Assembly: GCA_963695855.1 (NCBI GenBank)
Contig: CAVOHZ010000010.1
Location: forward strand, 480,001 to 544,000
Source: an uncultured Nitrososphaerales archaeon
GTDB taxonomy: Archaea; Thermoproteota; Nitrososphaeria; Nitrososphaerales; Nitrososphaeraceae
Direction of reading: 5' to 3'
DNA: 64,000 nucleotides
Position numbers and translations under genes: made by a program. The notes beneath the pieces are model-generated. The model ran no database searches. It was not told where the DNA came from and saw only the letters and a program-made list of their open reading frames with translations. Of the stretch, positions 47,364 to 57,205 are shown one piece after another (position 1 is the first letter of the stretch; every line of letters starts with the position of its first letter).

Positions 47364-48074
47364 ATGAACAATAGCAAACCGCTGATTGTAAATTCTAAAG
47401 AAGTTTTTTCTAATTGTAATCTATCTTGTATTAATGAGATCCTTTTTGAAGATATTGTAGGTTATAACGATATTAAACAGATTTTTAAAATGTCTTTAGA
47501 ATCAGATAAACCTGTTCATATACTTTTGGTCGGACCTCCTGCATCTGCTAAAACATTATTCATGTTAGAATGTATGAAACTTGAAAGATCTTTCTTTACC
47601 TTGGGTAGTCACAGTACAAAGGCTGGAATGATCGATTATTTATTCGAAAATCGACCGAGATATTTGTTAATTGATGAGATTGAGCACATGCCATACAAGG
47701 ATCAAACAATTCTTTTGAGCCTGATGGAAACTGGTATATTATCTGAAACCAAGTCACAAAAAACTAGAAATACCCAACTAAAAACATGGGTTTTTGCCAC
47801 ATGTAACAATAAAGAAAGATTATTAACTCCTATTTTATCCAGATTCATGATTTTTCATCTCAAACCATATAATCGAAGTAAGTTCATTGAAATTTCAAAT
47901 AAAATATTAGTAAATAATGGAACAAACCATGATGTAGCCAATACAATTTCAGAGACTGTTTGGAATAAACTTAAATCCAGAGACATAAGAGATAGCGTAA
48001 AAATAGCAAAATTAGCCAAAACTAAAGAGGATATCCTAATGATAACCAAAACATTACACGAGTACAGTAAATGA
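47364..48074 (+). CDS. AAA+ ATPase
   Basis: FEDIVGY, VGPPASAKT, LLIDEIE, ATCN, ILSRF. Confidence 0.88.
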   Translation: MNNSKPLIVNSKEVFSNCNLSCINEILFEDIVGYNDIKQIFKMSLESDKPVHILLVGPPASAKTLFMLECMKLERSFFTLGSHSTKAGMIDYLFENRPRYLLIDEIEHMPYKDQTILLSLMETGILSETKSQKTRNTQLKTWVFATCNNKERLLTPILSRFMIFHLKPYNRSKFIEISNKILVNNGTNHDVANTISETVWNKLKSRDIRDSVKIAKLAKTKEDILMITKTLHEYSK

Positions 48075-48120
48075 AAGATTATTTCAATTGTTACGTAAAA
48101 ATTTTTAAAATTATCTAATA

Positions 48121-48285
48121 TTAATTCATGTGAGGTTCATCTGGACCCATTCTCCTCCTTCTTAGTATAAATGCGATAACTAGTAATATTAGCATAATAA
48201 CAAGAAACGAAAAAAATAATGTTTCATTTACAACTATCCCTTCTGGAAGAATTGCATAAATAGATAACACTAGTATAATTATCAT
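48121..48285 (-). CDS. 54-aa membrane microprotein (not in ORF track)
   Basis: Hydrophobic segments followed by RRRR (positive-inside). Confidence 0.45.
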   Translation of the reverse strand: MIIILVLSIYAILPEGIVVNETLFFSFLVIMLILLVIAFILRRRRMGPDEPHMN

Positions 48286-48494
48286 GATTAGATATATTTT
48301 ATGAGGTTTTTATATTGTTTTTTATGTTGTTTTATAATAGTTTAAAATTTTTAACTACAATATTAATTTGATTATAAAATAACAATGAATTGTTAAATTA
48401 AAAAGATTATAATTCTTTAGAAAGCCAAAATCACAAGTTAAAGTATTAGATTATAAAACCAAGTTGGATAATGAAAAACTATCCTTAATGAAAA

Positions 48495-48836
48495 ATGGCT
48501 TCCAGTAAAAATAGCAATTTGAATCCCAAAGGCAAACATGCTCATTCAACAGAATATAGACGATTAATTTGGGAAATGATTGTATGGCCATTAATACTAG
48601 AAAAAAATAAACCATATTTTTCAAAAGATGAATATCAATCAAAGAGAATAAATTTTTCAAGAGATAATCCTATACCATCTTCTAAGCTTTCTGGAGGGCT
48701 CATTTCATTGGTGGTGAAAGGGATTCTTATAAAAGAAGAAAATACGTATTCTCTACATTATCGACTTATCCCGTATCTAAGAAAGAGAGCAATTCTAACC
48801 TATGGGCAAGCACTAAAAGAAACCTATACAAAGTAA
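48495..48836 (+). CDS. Hypothetical protein, possible winged helix
   Basis: Basic ORF; GLISLVVKGILIKE..YSL resembles a helix-wing. Confidence 0.65.
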   Translation: MASSKNSNLNPKGKHAHSTEYRRLIWEMIVWPLILEKNKPYFSKDEYQSKRINFSRDNPIPSSKLSGGLISLVVKGILIKEENTYSLHYRLIPYLRKRAILTYGQALKETYTK

Positions 48837-48890
48837 ATAATATAATCCCATATCTAAAGAAAATGATTATCATCATATAATATTTATTAA

Positions 48891-48975
48891 AGGTGGGGAA
48901 GGGATTCGAACCCTTATAAATTCGCTTTCTATCATTTTTCTGCAGGCGAACGCATAGCCGCTCTGCCACCCCACC
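48891..48975 (-). tRNA. tRNA-Cys(GCA) with 13-nt intron at 37/38 (48927-48939)
   Basis: Acceptor GGTGGGG/CCCCACC with U73 discriminator, anticodon stem TTCGC/GCGAA, CT-GCA-G, T arm AAGGG-TTCGAAT-CCCTT. Confidence 0.93.
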
Positions 48976-49079
48976 ATAACAATAGCCATAAAATGGCGTC
49001 ATATAAATTTGAGCGAGATCAAGAACAAAGACATTCAAAATTTCGAATATTGTTTTTCAATACTAAATTAATTAAGAGC

Positions 49080-50080
49080 CTATCCCAAAATTATCCTCCT
49101 GTAAACAATTATGCTATTTGCTAATTGTACAAGACCTAGATAGTTCTCATCCTTCTTTTCATATCTTGTAAATAACTTCCTCAATCTATTGTTATGCCAT
49201 GAATTTGTTCTCTCTACAACCCATCTTCTTGAGGGATGTTTTGTAGAAAATATTCTTTCTTTTTCTCTTCTGTGTCGTATATGCGGTATGTATCCCCTTT
49301 TGACCATTTCTTGTTCTACTTCGTTGTAATGATATGCTTTATCAAGACACAGATTTTGTTTCTTCTGGTTATGCTTTACTTTGGGAGATGAAGATGGTCT
49401 TTTGATTACAATGTTATCAACTGTATCAATTGCAACAGTAGTAACATCATTGTGAGTATTCGCAGATATTATAACAGTAGAGAGAGGAATACCATCTTTA
49501 TCTGTAAGAATATGTCTTTTGGTGCCTAATTTGCTTCTGTCAGTAGGATTATGGCCTGTCCTCGCCCCCCCTAAAGGTGACTTTATAGAGATGCTGTCAA
49601 GTGATTGCCAGTTCCATTTGATTTCCTTCGTTAAATCATATATTTGTAGCAATCTTGTCCAGATTCTATCAAATATATATATCTGATTGTACCCATTCTT
49701 GAAATCTTCTATGACATGTTGAACCAGAACCATATTCTTTGTTTGGGTAACATTTTCCACTGACATCCAGTTCTTAGTATAAACATTATTCCATCAAGGA
49801 CTTTTCTGTATGGAACAATTGGACTTTTCTGTATGGAACAATTGGACTTTTCTGTATGGAACAATTGGACTTTTCTGTATGGAACAATTGGACTTTTCTG
49901 TATGGAACAATTGGACTTTTCTGTATGGAACAATTGGACTTTTCTGTATGGAACAATTGGACGACCTATGGTGTTATCTGGTTTCTCATCTGGTAAAATA
50001 TCTTCAATTTCATACCATAGGTCATCTGGAATACGTATAATTGTTCTACTAACAGACTTTTTACTCTTTAGCATTACCAT
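49080..50080 (-). pseudogene. IS5-family transposase, frameshifted
   Basis: IPDDLW, LRTGCQW, SLDS, GTKRH, LDKAY and RWVVERT motifs spread over three frames by 4-nt duplications near 49740 and 49680. Confidence 0.88.
49798..49962. repeat. 7 perfect tandem copies of a 23-bp unit inside the transposase
   Basis: GGACTTTTCTGTATGGAACAATT x7 followed by GGAC. Confidence 0.97.
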
Positions 50081-50157
50081 GTATGATAAGAAAGAAACGA
50101 GCTATATTCCTATCTATTTTTGGGATAGGCTCTAAGTATAAGGATTTGATGTAAGAA

Positions 50158-50382
50158 TCATCTTCTAATTGTGTTTTTGTACGCAAGTAAAATATCTTCT
50201 GACTTAATAGTTTTTCTTCTCGCATGATTAGACAAAAGTATTGCGGTCTTTGAAATTTCTATTGCAATTTCTTCTAAGATAAGCCTTAATTCATTTGCTG
50301 CTTCATCACTAACCCTATCAGCACCTGCCTTCTTAATTAGTCTGCTCATAACAGCTAATCCAAATTCTGGATCATTGACCAT
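50158..50382 (-). CDS. Archaeal histone (HMf-like)
   Basis: RLIKKAGADRVS, HARRKTIKSEDI. Confidence 0.93.
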   Translation of the reverse strand: MVNDPEFGLAVMSRLIKKAGADRVSDEAANELRLILEEIAIEISKTAILLSNHARRKTIKSEDILLAYKNTIRR

Positions 50383-50649
50383 AAAAAAAAATTGTGGATC
50401 TTGGTTAAAAATGTAATTGAAAAATATCTAGAACAACATATCTTAACACTTACGGAATTTTGAAATAAATATATCAAAAGAATATACCAATGATTCGTTG
50501 CGTGATCATTTGTATAACTTCATTTTTCAAATACTTTTTAAATAATTCATAATTGTTGTAACATAAAAAAAATTTGTTCTAATCGAAATTTGGCTTGAAA
50601 TTAGCAGATTCACAATAATGCAACTAAGCATAAATTAATAAAAAAATTC

Positions 50650-51048
50650 TCATAAATTACTTAAAATTAGCTTCCTGATTTTAGGAGAACGCAGAGATAG
50701 CGTGAAGTAGATATCAATTAACTCATCGTTATCAGGATCACGCTTATATTTTAGAAAGAATTTTTCAAGATAGTTACCTAGAATCATTCCCAATACCAAA
50801 CCATATATGAAATCATAAAGAGATCCCTGGGAAGGAATTAGTTTTCTTGAAAAAGTAATCATTTTATCCAATTCACTGACATTAATCTTTAAAATTGACT
50901 CTAACTCTTTTTTATCTGAAAGGCTTAAACCCAAGACAATCTTGTAAATTCGATCGTTTATTTTAAGATGATTATAAAAATGCGTAAAAATAAATAAGAT
51001 TATACAAGATTTCTGATCCCAACAAATTATGATAAATAAATCAAACAT
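50650..51048 (-). CDS. Hypothetical protein (true start probably near 50935)
   Basis: C-terminal ~95 aa are plausible; the N-terminal extension overlaps the divergent gene. Confidence 0.55.
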   Translation of the reverse strand: MFDLFIIICWDQKSCIILFIFTHFYNHLKINDRIYKIVLGLSLSDKKELESILKINVSELDKMITFSRKLIPSQGSLYDFIYGLVLGMILGNYLEKFFLKYKRDPDNDELIDIYFTLSLRSPKIRKLILSNL

Positions 51049-51610
51049 GATTAGATTTATGGTTTACCTGAATAATCAACAATTTTCTTCACTGGATGCA
51101 AATTTTATCCTAAAAAAGGCTCGTAAATTAGTAGGAACACATGATATAATAGTTAGAGACTGCAGGGTTTCTAAATTTTTTATTGAATTAGATATTAGTA
51201 TCTCTAGAGAAGAAAAAATTGAGAATACAATTGACTTCTTGAAGGAAATTTCATCTTTAAAGGAATTAGTAGAAGTGAAGGAAAGAGTATTTAAAAAAAA
51301 AGAAGCGATGGAAAGAGCAATTCAGCTATTTAACGAGGAAAAATATTGGTGGTCACATGAAGTATTGGAGGGTATTTGGAAAAGAGCTTCAGGGTCTGAA
51401 AAGGAGTTATTGAATGGGTTGATCTTAGTTGCAGCAGCATTCGTTCATGACCAAAAAAATGAGAAACAGATATCTCTTTCGATTCTTCAAAGAGCTTTGA
51501 TAAAACTGTCCTCCAGTAGTGGAACTTATTATGCAATCGATGTTGACATAATAAAAGAAAAAATCAAAAATATATTAGAAAAGAAACGAATTTCGAGATT
51601 TTCCGTTTAA
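51029..51610 (+). CDS. DUF309 domain protein
   Basis: LFNEEKYWWSHEVLEGIW, GLILVAAAFVH. Confidence 0.88.
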   Translation: MINKSNMIRFMVYLNNQQFSSLDANFILKKARKLVGTHDIIVRDCRVSKFFIELDISISREEKIENTIDFLKEISSLKELVEVKERVFKKKEAMERAIQLFNEEKYWWSHEVLEGIWKRASGSEKELLNGLILVAAAFVHDQKNEKQISLSILQRALIKLSSSSGTYYAIDVDIIKEKIKNILEKKRISRFSV

Positions 51611-51637
51611 ATCAATCTTTAATATCATATCAACATA

Positions 51638-52726
51638 TTATACAGACCTTCTTTTAAGATATTCAGATTTCATTTCTCTTACATACTGATTTTTTAAATT
51701 GTAGAGCTGTTTTGGTTTTCTTTGTTGGCATTCAGATAGAACGTATGAACAGAGTATTGGAAAATAGACAGAAGAATCACCATATACTATTACGTTACCC
51801 GTGTGAGATGATTTTATTTTTCCCCAGCTTTTTCCTTCTTGGATAGTTGCTCCGGAAAGGCCGCCAGTATCAGGTCTCGCGTCTGTCAATTGTATGACAT
51901 AATCGTGTCCACCTTCTTGAATCTTTAAAATTTGATATAGTGTTGGACCAGTTTGTTGAAAGAAATTTTTTGGAACACCTCCGCCTAATTCAACACCTCC
52001 GGATAATTTGGATTTCCACAAAATTGCTGCTGATTCTGCAATATCCGAAACAAGATTATAGTTAGGTAATTTTGACTCAAATAGTAATGGAAGCATATTC
52101 ATTCCTATAGATGAATCAGTTATTGCAGGAATATACACTGGAACATTATTATTATAAGCTGAGACCATAAAGGACTTCTCTGGAAAATGAGAATTGTTAG
52201 AGGCTGATTTTCCTAAATAAAAAGAAATATCAGATGAAGACAAGGATGAAGTAGAGTCTTCTACATTAATTTTTGCCATTTCATTTTGAATGATATCATC
52301 TTGCTTTTGGAGTGTTTCTATTTCTTTTATGTATACATCATATATTCTAACAATCTGCTTGGAATACAAGATATCGTCGTCAACATCAAAGTGACCCTGG
52401 CGAACAGGGAGACCATATGCGAAGTGGAGATCATGATATGCATTTGCTCCGGTTGTAATAATCCAATCTACATAACCTTTTTCTATAAGAGTAGAAATAC
52501 AACCTCCTAAACCAATTGGTGACATTGCTCCAGAAATTGTCAGACAGACAGTAGAATCAGAATCTATCATTTTCTTGAACATTTCCGCTGCTTCAGCTAA
52601 TCTTCTAGCATTAAAGCCAGTAGAGCTGTAGAAAGAAATAAGATCTGATATAGACATGTTTGGAGAAATTTTTGGAGGATCTATTTTTTTACCCTTAAAC
52701 GAATGTTTATTATACAAGTTAATCAT
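51638..52726 (-). CDS. Deoxyhypusine synthase-like protein (homospermidine synthase SpeY-type candidate)
   Basis: TTGANAYHDLH, DSSIG, GGGVPKNF, DTGGLSGAT..EGKSWGK. Confidence 0.85.
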   Translation of the reverse strand: MINLYNKHSFKGKKIDPPKISPNMSISDLISFYSSTGFNARRLAEAAEMFKKMIDSDSTVCLTISGAMSPIGLGGCISTLIEKGYVDWIITTGANAYHDLHFAYGLPVRQGHFDVDDDILYSKQIVRIYDVYIKEIETLQKQDDIIQNEMAKINVEDSTSSLSSSDISFYLGKSASNNSHFPEKSFMVSAYNNNVPVYIPAITDSSIGMNMLPLLFESKLPNYNLVSDIAESAAILWKSKLSGGVELGGGVPKNFFQQTGPTLYQILKIQEGGHDYVIQLTDARPDTGGLSGATIQEGKSWGKIKSSHTGNVIVYGDSSVYFPILCSYVLSECQQRKPKQLYNLKNQYVREMKSEYLKRRSV

Positions 52727-52814
52727 TTAAGAGTACAGTCATTTATAAAAATCCATATCAATATCAAGAATCAGATAGAAGATATTTTATATTGATACTT
52801 ATAAGACTCTTGAT

Positions 52815-53759
52815 ATGATATATAATGAAAAGGGTAAAAGCATTAAAAATTACGACATAATAGATTATGAAATTAAAAAAAATGATTTGAGGGAAATAAT
52901 TAGTCAAATGTCTCAATCAGGTGGATTTGAATCAACCAATCTAACAAAGGCGATAAATATTACACGAAAGATGATAGATGACAATCAATGTACACGTTTT
53001 TTATCCTTTGTTGGCTCTATTATTTCCACCGGAGCAAGAGGCATCATAAAAGATATGATAAAAAGAAAGATGTTTGATTGTATAATAACTACATGCGGTG
53101 CTTTAGATCATGATATTTCTAAAACATTTGGAAAATATTATGCAGGAGAATTTAATGTTGATGATAGTTATTTGAAGAAACGAAACATACATAGATTAGG
53201 AAACGTATTTATTCCAACTAAAAATTATGGACCATTAATAGAAAATAAAGTTCAACATTTTCTTTCGGAGTACTATGATAAACATAAAGAATTTTCTGGT
53301 CATGAAATTGTTGATTATATTGGTAGCAAATTAGACGATAATTCGATTTTATATTGGGCACATAAAAATAAGATTCCGGTGATTGTTCCTGGTTTGGTTG
53401 ACGGAGCGGTTGGAAGCCAAATATGGCTATTTTATCAACAACACAAGGATTTTGTACTAAATTTATTGAAAGACCAATCAAGGATTTCGGATCTTGTATT
53501 CGATGCAAAAAAAACAGGTGCTTTGATGCTAGGAGGAGGAATAACAAAACACCACACGTTATGGTGGAACCAATTTAGGGATGGTCTTGATTACGCTGTA
53601 TATGTTACGACCGCGAATGAGTGGGACGGAAGTCTAAGTGGAGCTGAAGTCAGAGAAGCAATATCATGGAATAAGGTAAACGTAAATGCAAAGCAAGTAA
53701 CAGTTCATGGAGAAATTACAACTCTACTACCTTTCTTTTATGCATCATTGTATAGATAA
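52815..53759 (+). CDS. dys: Deoxyhypusine synthase
   Basis: TTCGALDHD, HRLGNV, DGAVG, GGGITKHH, WDGSLSGA..REAISWNK. Confidence 0.9.
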   Translation: MIYNEKGKSIKNYDIIDYEIKKNDLREIISQMSQSGGFESTNLTKAINITRKMIDDNQCTRFLSFVGSIISTGARGIIKDMIKRKMFDCIITTCGALDHDISKTFGKYYAGEFNVDDSYLKKRNIHRLGNVFIPTKNYGPLIENKVQHFLSEYYDKHKEFSGHEIVDYIGSKLDDNSILYWAHKNKIPVIVPGLVDGAVGSQIWLFYQQHKDFVLNLLKDQSRISDLVFDAKKTGALMLGGGITKHHTLWWNQFRDGLDYAVYVTTANEWDGSLSGAEVREAISWNKVNVNAKQVTVHGEITTLLPFFYASLYR

Positions 53760-53847
53760 TATCAAACCATTTAATTCTTTCTTCCCATGCAAAAATCGAG
53801 TAATAATTTAAATACCTATATTCAAATTACAAATAAATCAAAAATTT

Positions 53848-54224
53848 TTGGATGCTTTTTACTATTGGAATTCTTTTATATTCTGTAACTTCTATTTTTC
53901 TTGTGTCTATGCTATGGATCCAATAATTAAGATATCCCCAAGATGCGGAAAATTAGATGATCATAGGCTAAATATTACAGTTATTGGTTTCAGCGCATAT
54001 GGAACCTTGTATTGGGAGCTTATCAACTCTAAACACGTATTAGACACATTTGGTTATTTTAAAACTGATATCACAGGTGGATTTAATGATTATACTATTG
54101 GTGACGATTTACATCCTAATGAATATACCTACGTTTTATAGATGATAAAAATAATGATTATAATCTTGACAAAGGAGGAAAAGAGATGAAACTTAAATAC
54201 ATCATACCGTGTAATCGTGGGTAA
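53848..54224 (+). pseudogene. Frameshifted secreted protein
   Basis: A signal-peptide-like frame (MLFTIGILLYSVTSIF), a middle frame (DPIIKISPRCG...EYT) and a tail frame (LRFIDDKNNDY...IPCNRG*) join only through two frameshifts. Confidence 0.55.
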
Positions 54225-54325
54225 TAATCTGAATGATTAACAAGGTAGATTGAATTCAAAATTCTTATAATTACTTACCGTAGGCATTAACTTAAAAAGG
54301 AAGTTAAAAACAGTATTTCAATACA

Positions 54326-57112
54326 GTGTTAGATGGAAATAAAGTATTATTCAATGTGAATTCCTTTAATTTTAGAACGAAACATCTACTTGTAATCGCA
54401 GTTTTGATAATTGCTTTTTCAAGTGCTTTTATAATAAGATCATATCCAATCAAATACGGTTTCGTGCTAAATGAATTTGACCCGTATTTTGATTATAGAG
54501 CAACAAAATACATAGTGGACAACGGATTTGCAGAATATCTTCACTGGCACGACAACAAGTCCTGGTATCCAGAAGGCAGAGATGTTCCAAAATCTTCACA
54601 AGTTGGGCTTCACCTCACAGCAGCAGTACTATACAAGGTATTTGGTTTTGGGGCATCATTGCTTGATTTTGTAATAATGTTCCCAGTAGTGATTGGTTCT
54701 CTTACTACAATAGTTATTTTTGCATTTGTAAGAATTATCAGTGGTACTACAGCTGGAATGTTTGCAAGTTTGTTATTTGCGTTTATGCCCGCAATAATTC
54801 AGAGAGGTAATTTAGGTTGGTTCAAATCAGAACCTTTGGGATTATTCCTCGGTATTCTATCAATTTATCTTTTTCTCTCTGCAATAAAGGAAAAGAATGT
54901 TCGAATTACAATAGTAAAAGTAGTAGGAGCTGGATTGATTTTGGGATTGGCTAATGCTTCATGGGGAGGGATACAATATTTTAGCATACCATTGGCTATC
55001 TTTTTCTTTGCGTTACCGTTTATTAGAAAAGATTCAAAATCAATTCTATCTGCAGTGGTATTATTTACTATTGTTACCTTATTTACAGCGGGAGTGTTTC
55101 CTAGACCAGGATTATCTTTTGTTATAGGACTCCCTGGCATAGCATTAATTGTGGGTGCTGTATTTTGTGTCATCGGATCTATAATCAGGTTAAAAAGTAA
55201 ACAATCAAAAATTACTCGGAATCTTGTTGTTAGCTTGGCATTATTCATAACTCTCGCCGTAGCAATTGTGGCTGCTGGAGCTTATCAGCCATCGTCATTT
55301 AGATATCTAAACGCAATAAATCCATTTTTATCATCTCAAATTCCCCTTGTGGAATCTGTTGCAGAACACTCCACGCCCACTGTAGTAGATTATTTTACTG
55401 ATTATTCTATTCTGTTATTTTTTGCAGGGTTTGGAGTGCTGGTTGCGTTCTCTAAGAGAAATGATATGGCAATATTTGCACTAATAATAGGCATTACAGG
55501 ACTGTATGTAAGTGCTACTTTTGCAAGGTTAATGGTTTATTCTTCTATTTCAATAGTCTTGCTTGCTTCAATTGGAATTTATGAGATAACAAGAAGTATT
55601 CTTCAATACAAAGTAGCCAGCCAAGGAAAGTTAAGCGAAAAGGAATTCAAAAAAAGTGTTAGACAAGGAAAAATTTCACCCGAGGTAAAATCGTTAGTAA
55701 AGGTATCCTATGTAGTAGTACTCATTTTTTTGGTTTCCATTCCATTATTAGACACTGGCGGTATCATTTATCCAAGAAATTTTAACTGGATAAGTTCAGC
55801 AGATATCCCGCCTTCTATCGCTAATGGGGCAACAGGTTTTAGGATTCAAGTTGATGATTGGACCGATGCGTTGGATTGGATATCGAATAACACACCTAAG
55901 GATGCAGTCATTGCCTCGTGGTGGGATTACGGTTATTGGATTACGACTCTTGGAAATAGAACGACATTGGCAGATAATGCCACTATTAATCAGACAAGGA
56001 TACAAACCATCGCAAAGATGCTTATGAGTGACCCAGATACTGCAATAGCCATCGCTAAAGATCTCAAGGCAGATTACATACTAGTATATATAGTTGCAGA
56101 CAGACACCAAGGGCCTGACGGTAATGCGTTCTATACGCTCGGAAGCGGTGGAGATGAAAGCAAAAAACAATGGTTCATGAGAATAGGTGGATTTAGTGAG
56201 AGAGATTATGTTCAAGACGATGGTTTCACCCCAAATTCAAACTTTTGGAATAATACCTTACTAGGAAAAATGACTCCATTCACTCCTGTATCATATGCCT
56301 CTGTCAATAATGGTATGTTAGCAAATTTACAGCCAGATTATTCATCAGGAACAATTGCTATCAATGTGAAGGATGTTAAGTATCCAATTAATGGCGCAAA
56401 TGATCAACCATTAAGACTTGTTTATTCATCGCCAAGTTTTGAAAATAATAAAGACGACATTGTTTTTGGAGTATTATTGTACCAGATAAATAAAGATTAC
56501 ATACCAAAACCAGTCTCAATCGAACAGCAAAACATTGCTAAAAACAAAGTAGACAAAGAATCAAATAATACAAAAGGAAATTCTGAGGACATGATAAAGG
56601 CAGATATGACACCATCGGCAAATATTGCAATTCTTGAAACAACCCAGGGGAATATCACACTAGAATTTTTCCCTAAGGCAGCGCCAAAACATGTGGAAAA
56701 TTTTATTAAGCTCTCAAAGAGTGGCTTCTACGACGGCGTTGTTTTCCACAGAATAGTTAAGGATTTCGTGCTCCAAGCAGGAGATCCTAACACAAAGAAT
56801 ATTGAAACAGGAAGAGAGAAATGGGGCACAGGAGGACCTAACTTTACGATAAACGCCGAATTTAATGACATACCCCATAAGAAAGGGATATTGTCAATGG
56901 CAAGAACCTCTGATCCCAATAGCGCGGGTTCTCAATTCTTCATAGTTACAAGAGATTCTCAATTTCTAGACAACCAATATACAGTTTTTGGAAGAGTAAT
57001 TGAAGGAATAGATACAGTTGAAAAGATAGAATCCCAAAAAACTAATCAAAACAACCAACCAATCAATTCAGAAGATGCAAGAATAAAACGGGTAATAATT
57101 GAAAATAGATGA
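54326..57112 (+). CDS. aglB: Oligosaccharyltransferase AglB (STT3) fused to a C-terminal cyclophilin PPIase
   Basis: EFDPYF, multiple TM helices, SVAEH, WWDYG, DESK; then APKHVENF..L...GFYDGVVFHR....VLQAGDP, LSMAR, AGSQFFI, YTVFG. Confidence 0.93.
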   Translation: MLDGNKVLFNVNSFNFRTKHLLVIAVLIIAFSSAFIIRSYPIKYGFVLNEFDPYFDYRATKYIVDNGFAEYLHWHDNKSWYPEGRDVPKSSQVGLHLTAAVLYKVFGFGASLLDFVIMFPVVIGSLTTIVIFAFVRIISGTTAGMFASLLFAFMPAIIQRGNLGWFKSEPLGLFLGILSIYLFLSAIKEKNVRITIVKVVGAGLILGLANASWGGIQYFSIPLAIFFFALPFIRKDSKSILSAVVLFTIVTLFTAGVFPRPGLSFVIGLPGIALIVGAVFCVIGSIIRLKSKQSKITRNLVVSLALFITLAVAIVAAGAYQPSSFRYLNAINPFLSSQIPLVESVAEHSTPTVVDYFTDYSILLFFAGFGVLVAFSKRNDMAIFALIIGITGLYVSATFARLMVYSSISIVLLASIGIYEITRSILQYKVASQGKLSEKEFKKSVRQGKISPEVKSLVKVSYVVVLIFLVSIPLLDTGGIIYPRNFNWISSADIPPSIANGATGFRIQVDDWTDALDWISNNTPKDAVIASWWDYGYWITTLGNRTTLADNATINQTRIQTIAKMLMSDPDTAIAIAKDLKADYILVYIVADRHQGPDGNAFYTLGSGGDESKKQWFMRIGGFSERDYVQDDGFTPNSNFWNNTLLGKMTPFTPVSYASVNNGMLANLQPDYSSGTIAINVKDVKYPINGANDQPLRLVYSSPSFENNKDDIVFGVLLYQINKDYIPKPVSIEQQNIAKNKVDKESNNTKGNSEDMIKADMTPSANIAILETTQGNITLEFFPKAAPKHVENFIKLSKSGFYDGVVFHRIVKDFVLQAGDPNTKNIETGREKWGTGGPNFTINAEFNDIPHKKGILSMARTSDPNSAGSQFFIVTRDSQFLDNQYTVFGRVIEGIDTVEKIESQKTNQNNQPINSEDARIKRVIIENR

Positions 57113-57205
57113 GAAGATAATAAGCAAAAATATAAAAACTATCTTTTCAACTTATATCTGATTCATGCCAAGAATATTAATAATAAGTTAAATAATTAAA
57201 AGGAA

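Larger units (their letters stand above)
49076..50132 (-). mobile_element. IS5-family insertion sequence (IS1031-like ends), full length
   Basis: Perfect 15-bp TIRs GAGCCTATCCCAAAA (49076-49090; 50118-50132) and TAA target duplication (49073-49075; 50133-50135). Confidence 0.93.

Noticed and set aside
48891-48915. tRNA-Cys 3' end as the att site of the left-hand element
   Set aside because: No duplicate of this sequence was found in the window, and core genes lie between the two.
48766-49038. 90-aa ORF
   Set aside because: It runs through the tRNA-Cys gene.
49798-49962. 23-bp repeats as a CRISPR array
   Set aside because: The units are contiguous with no spacers, derive from transposase coding sequence, and no cas genes are present.
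49810-50135. + strand ORFs with MEQLDFSVWNN repeats
   Set aside because: Antisense readings of the tandem repeat inside the IS.
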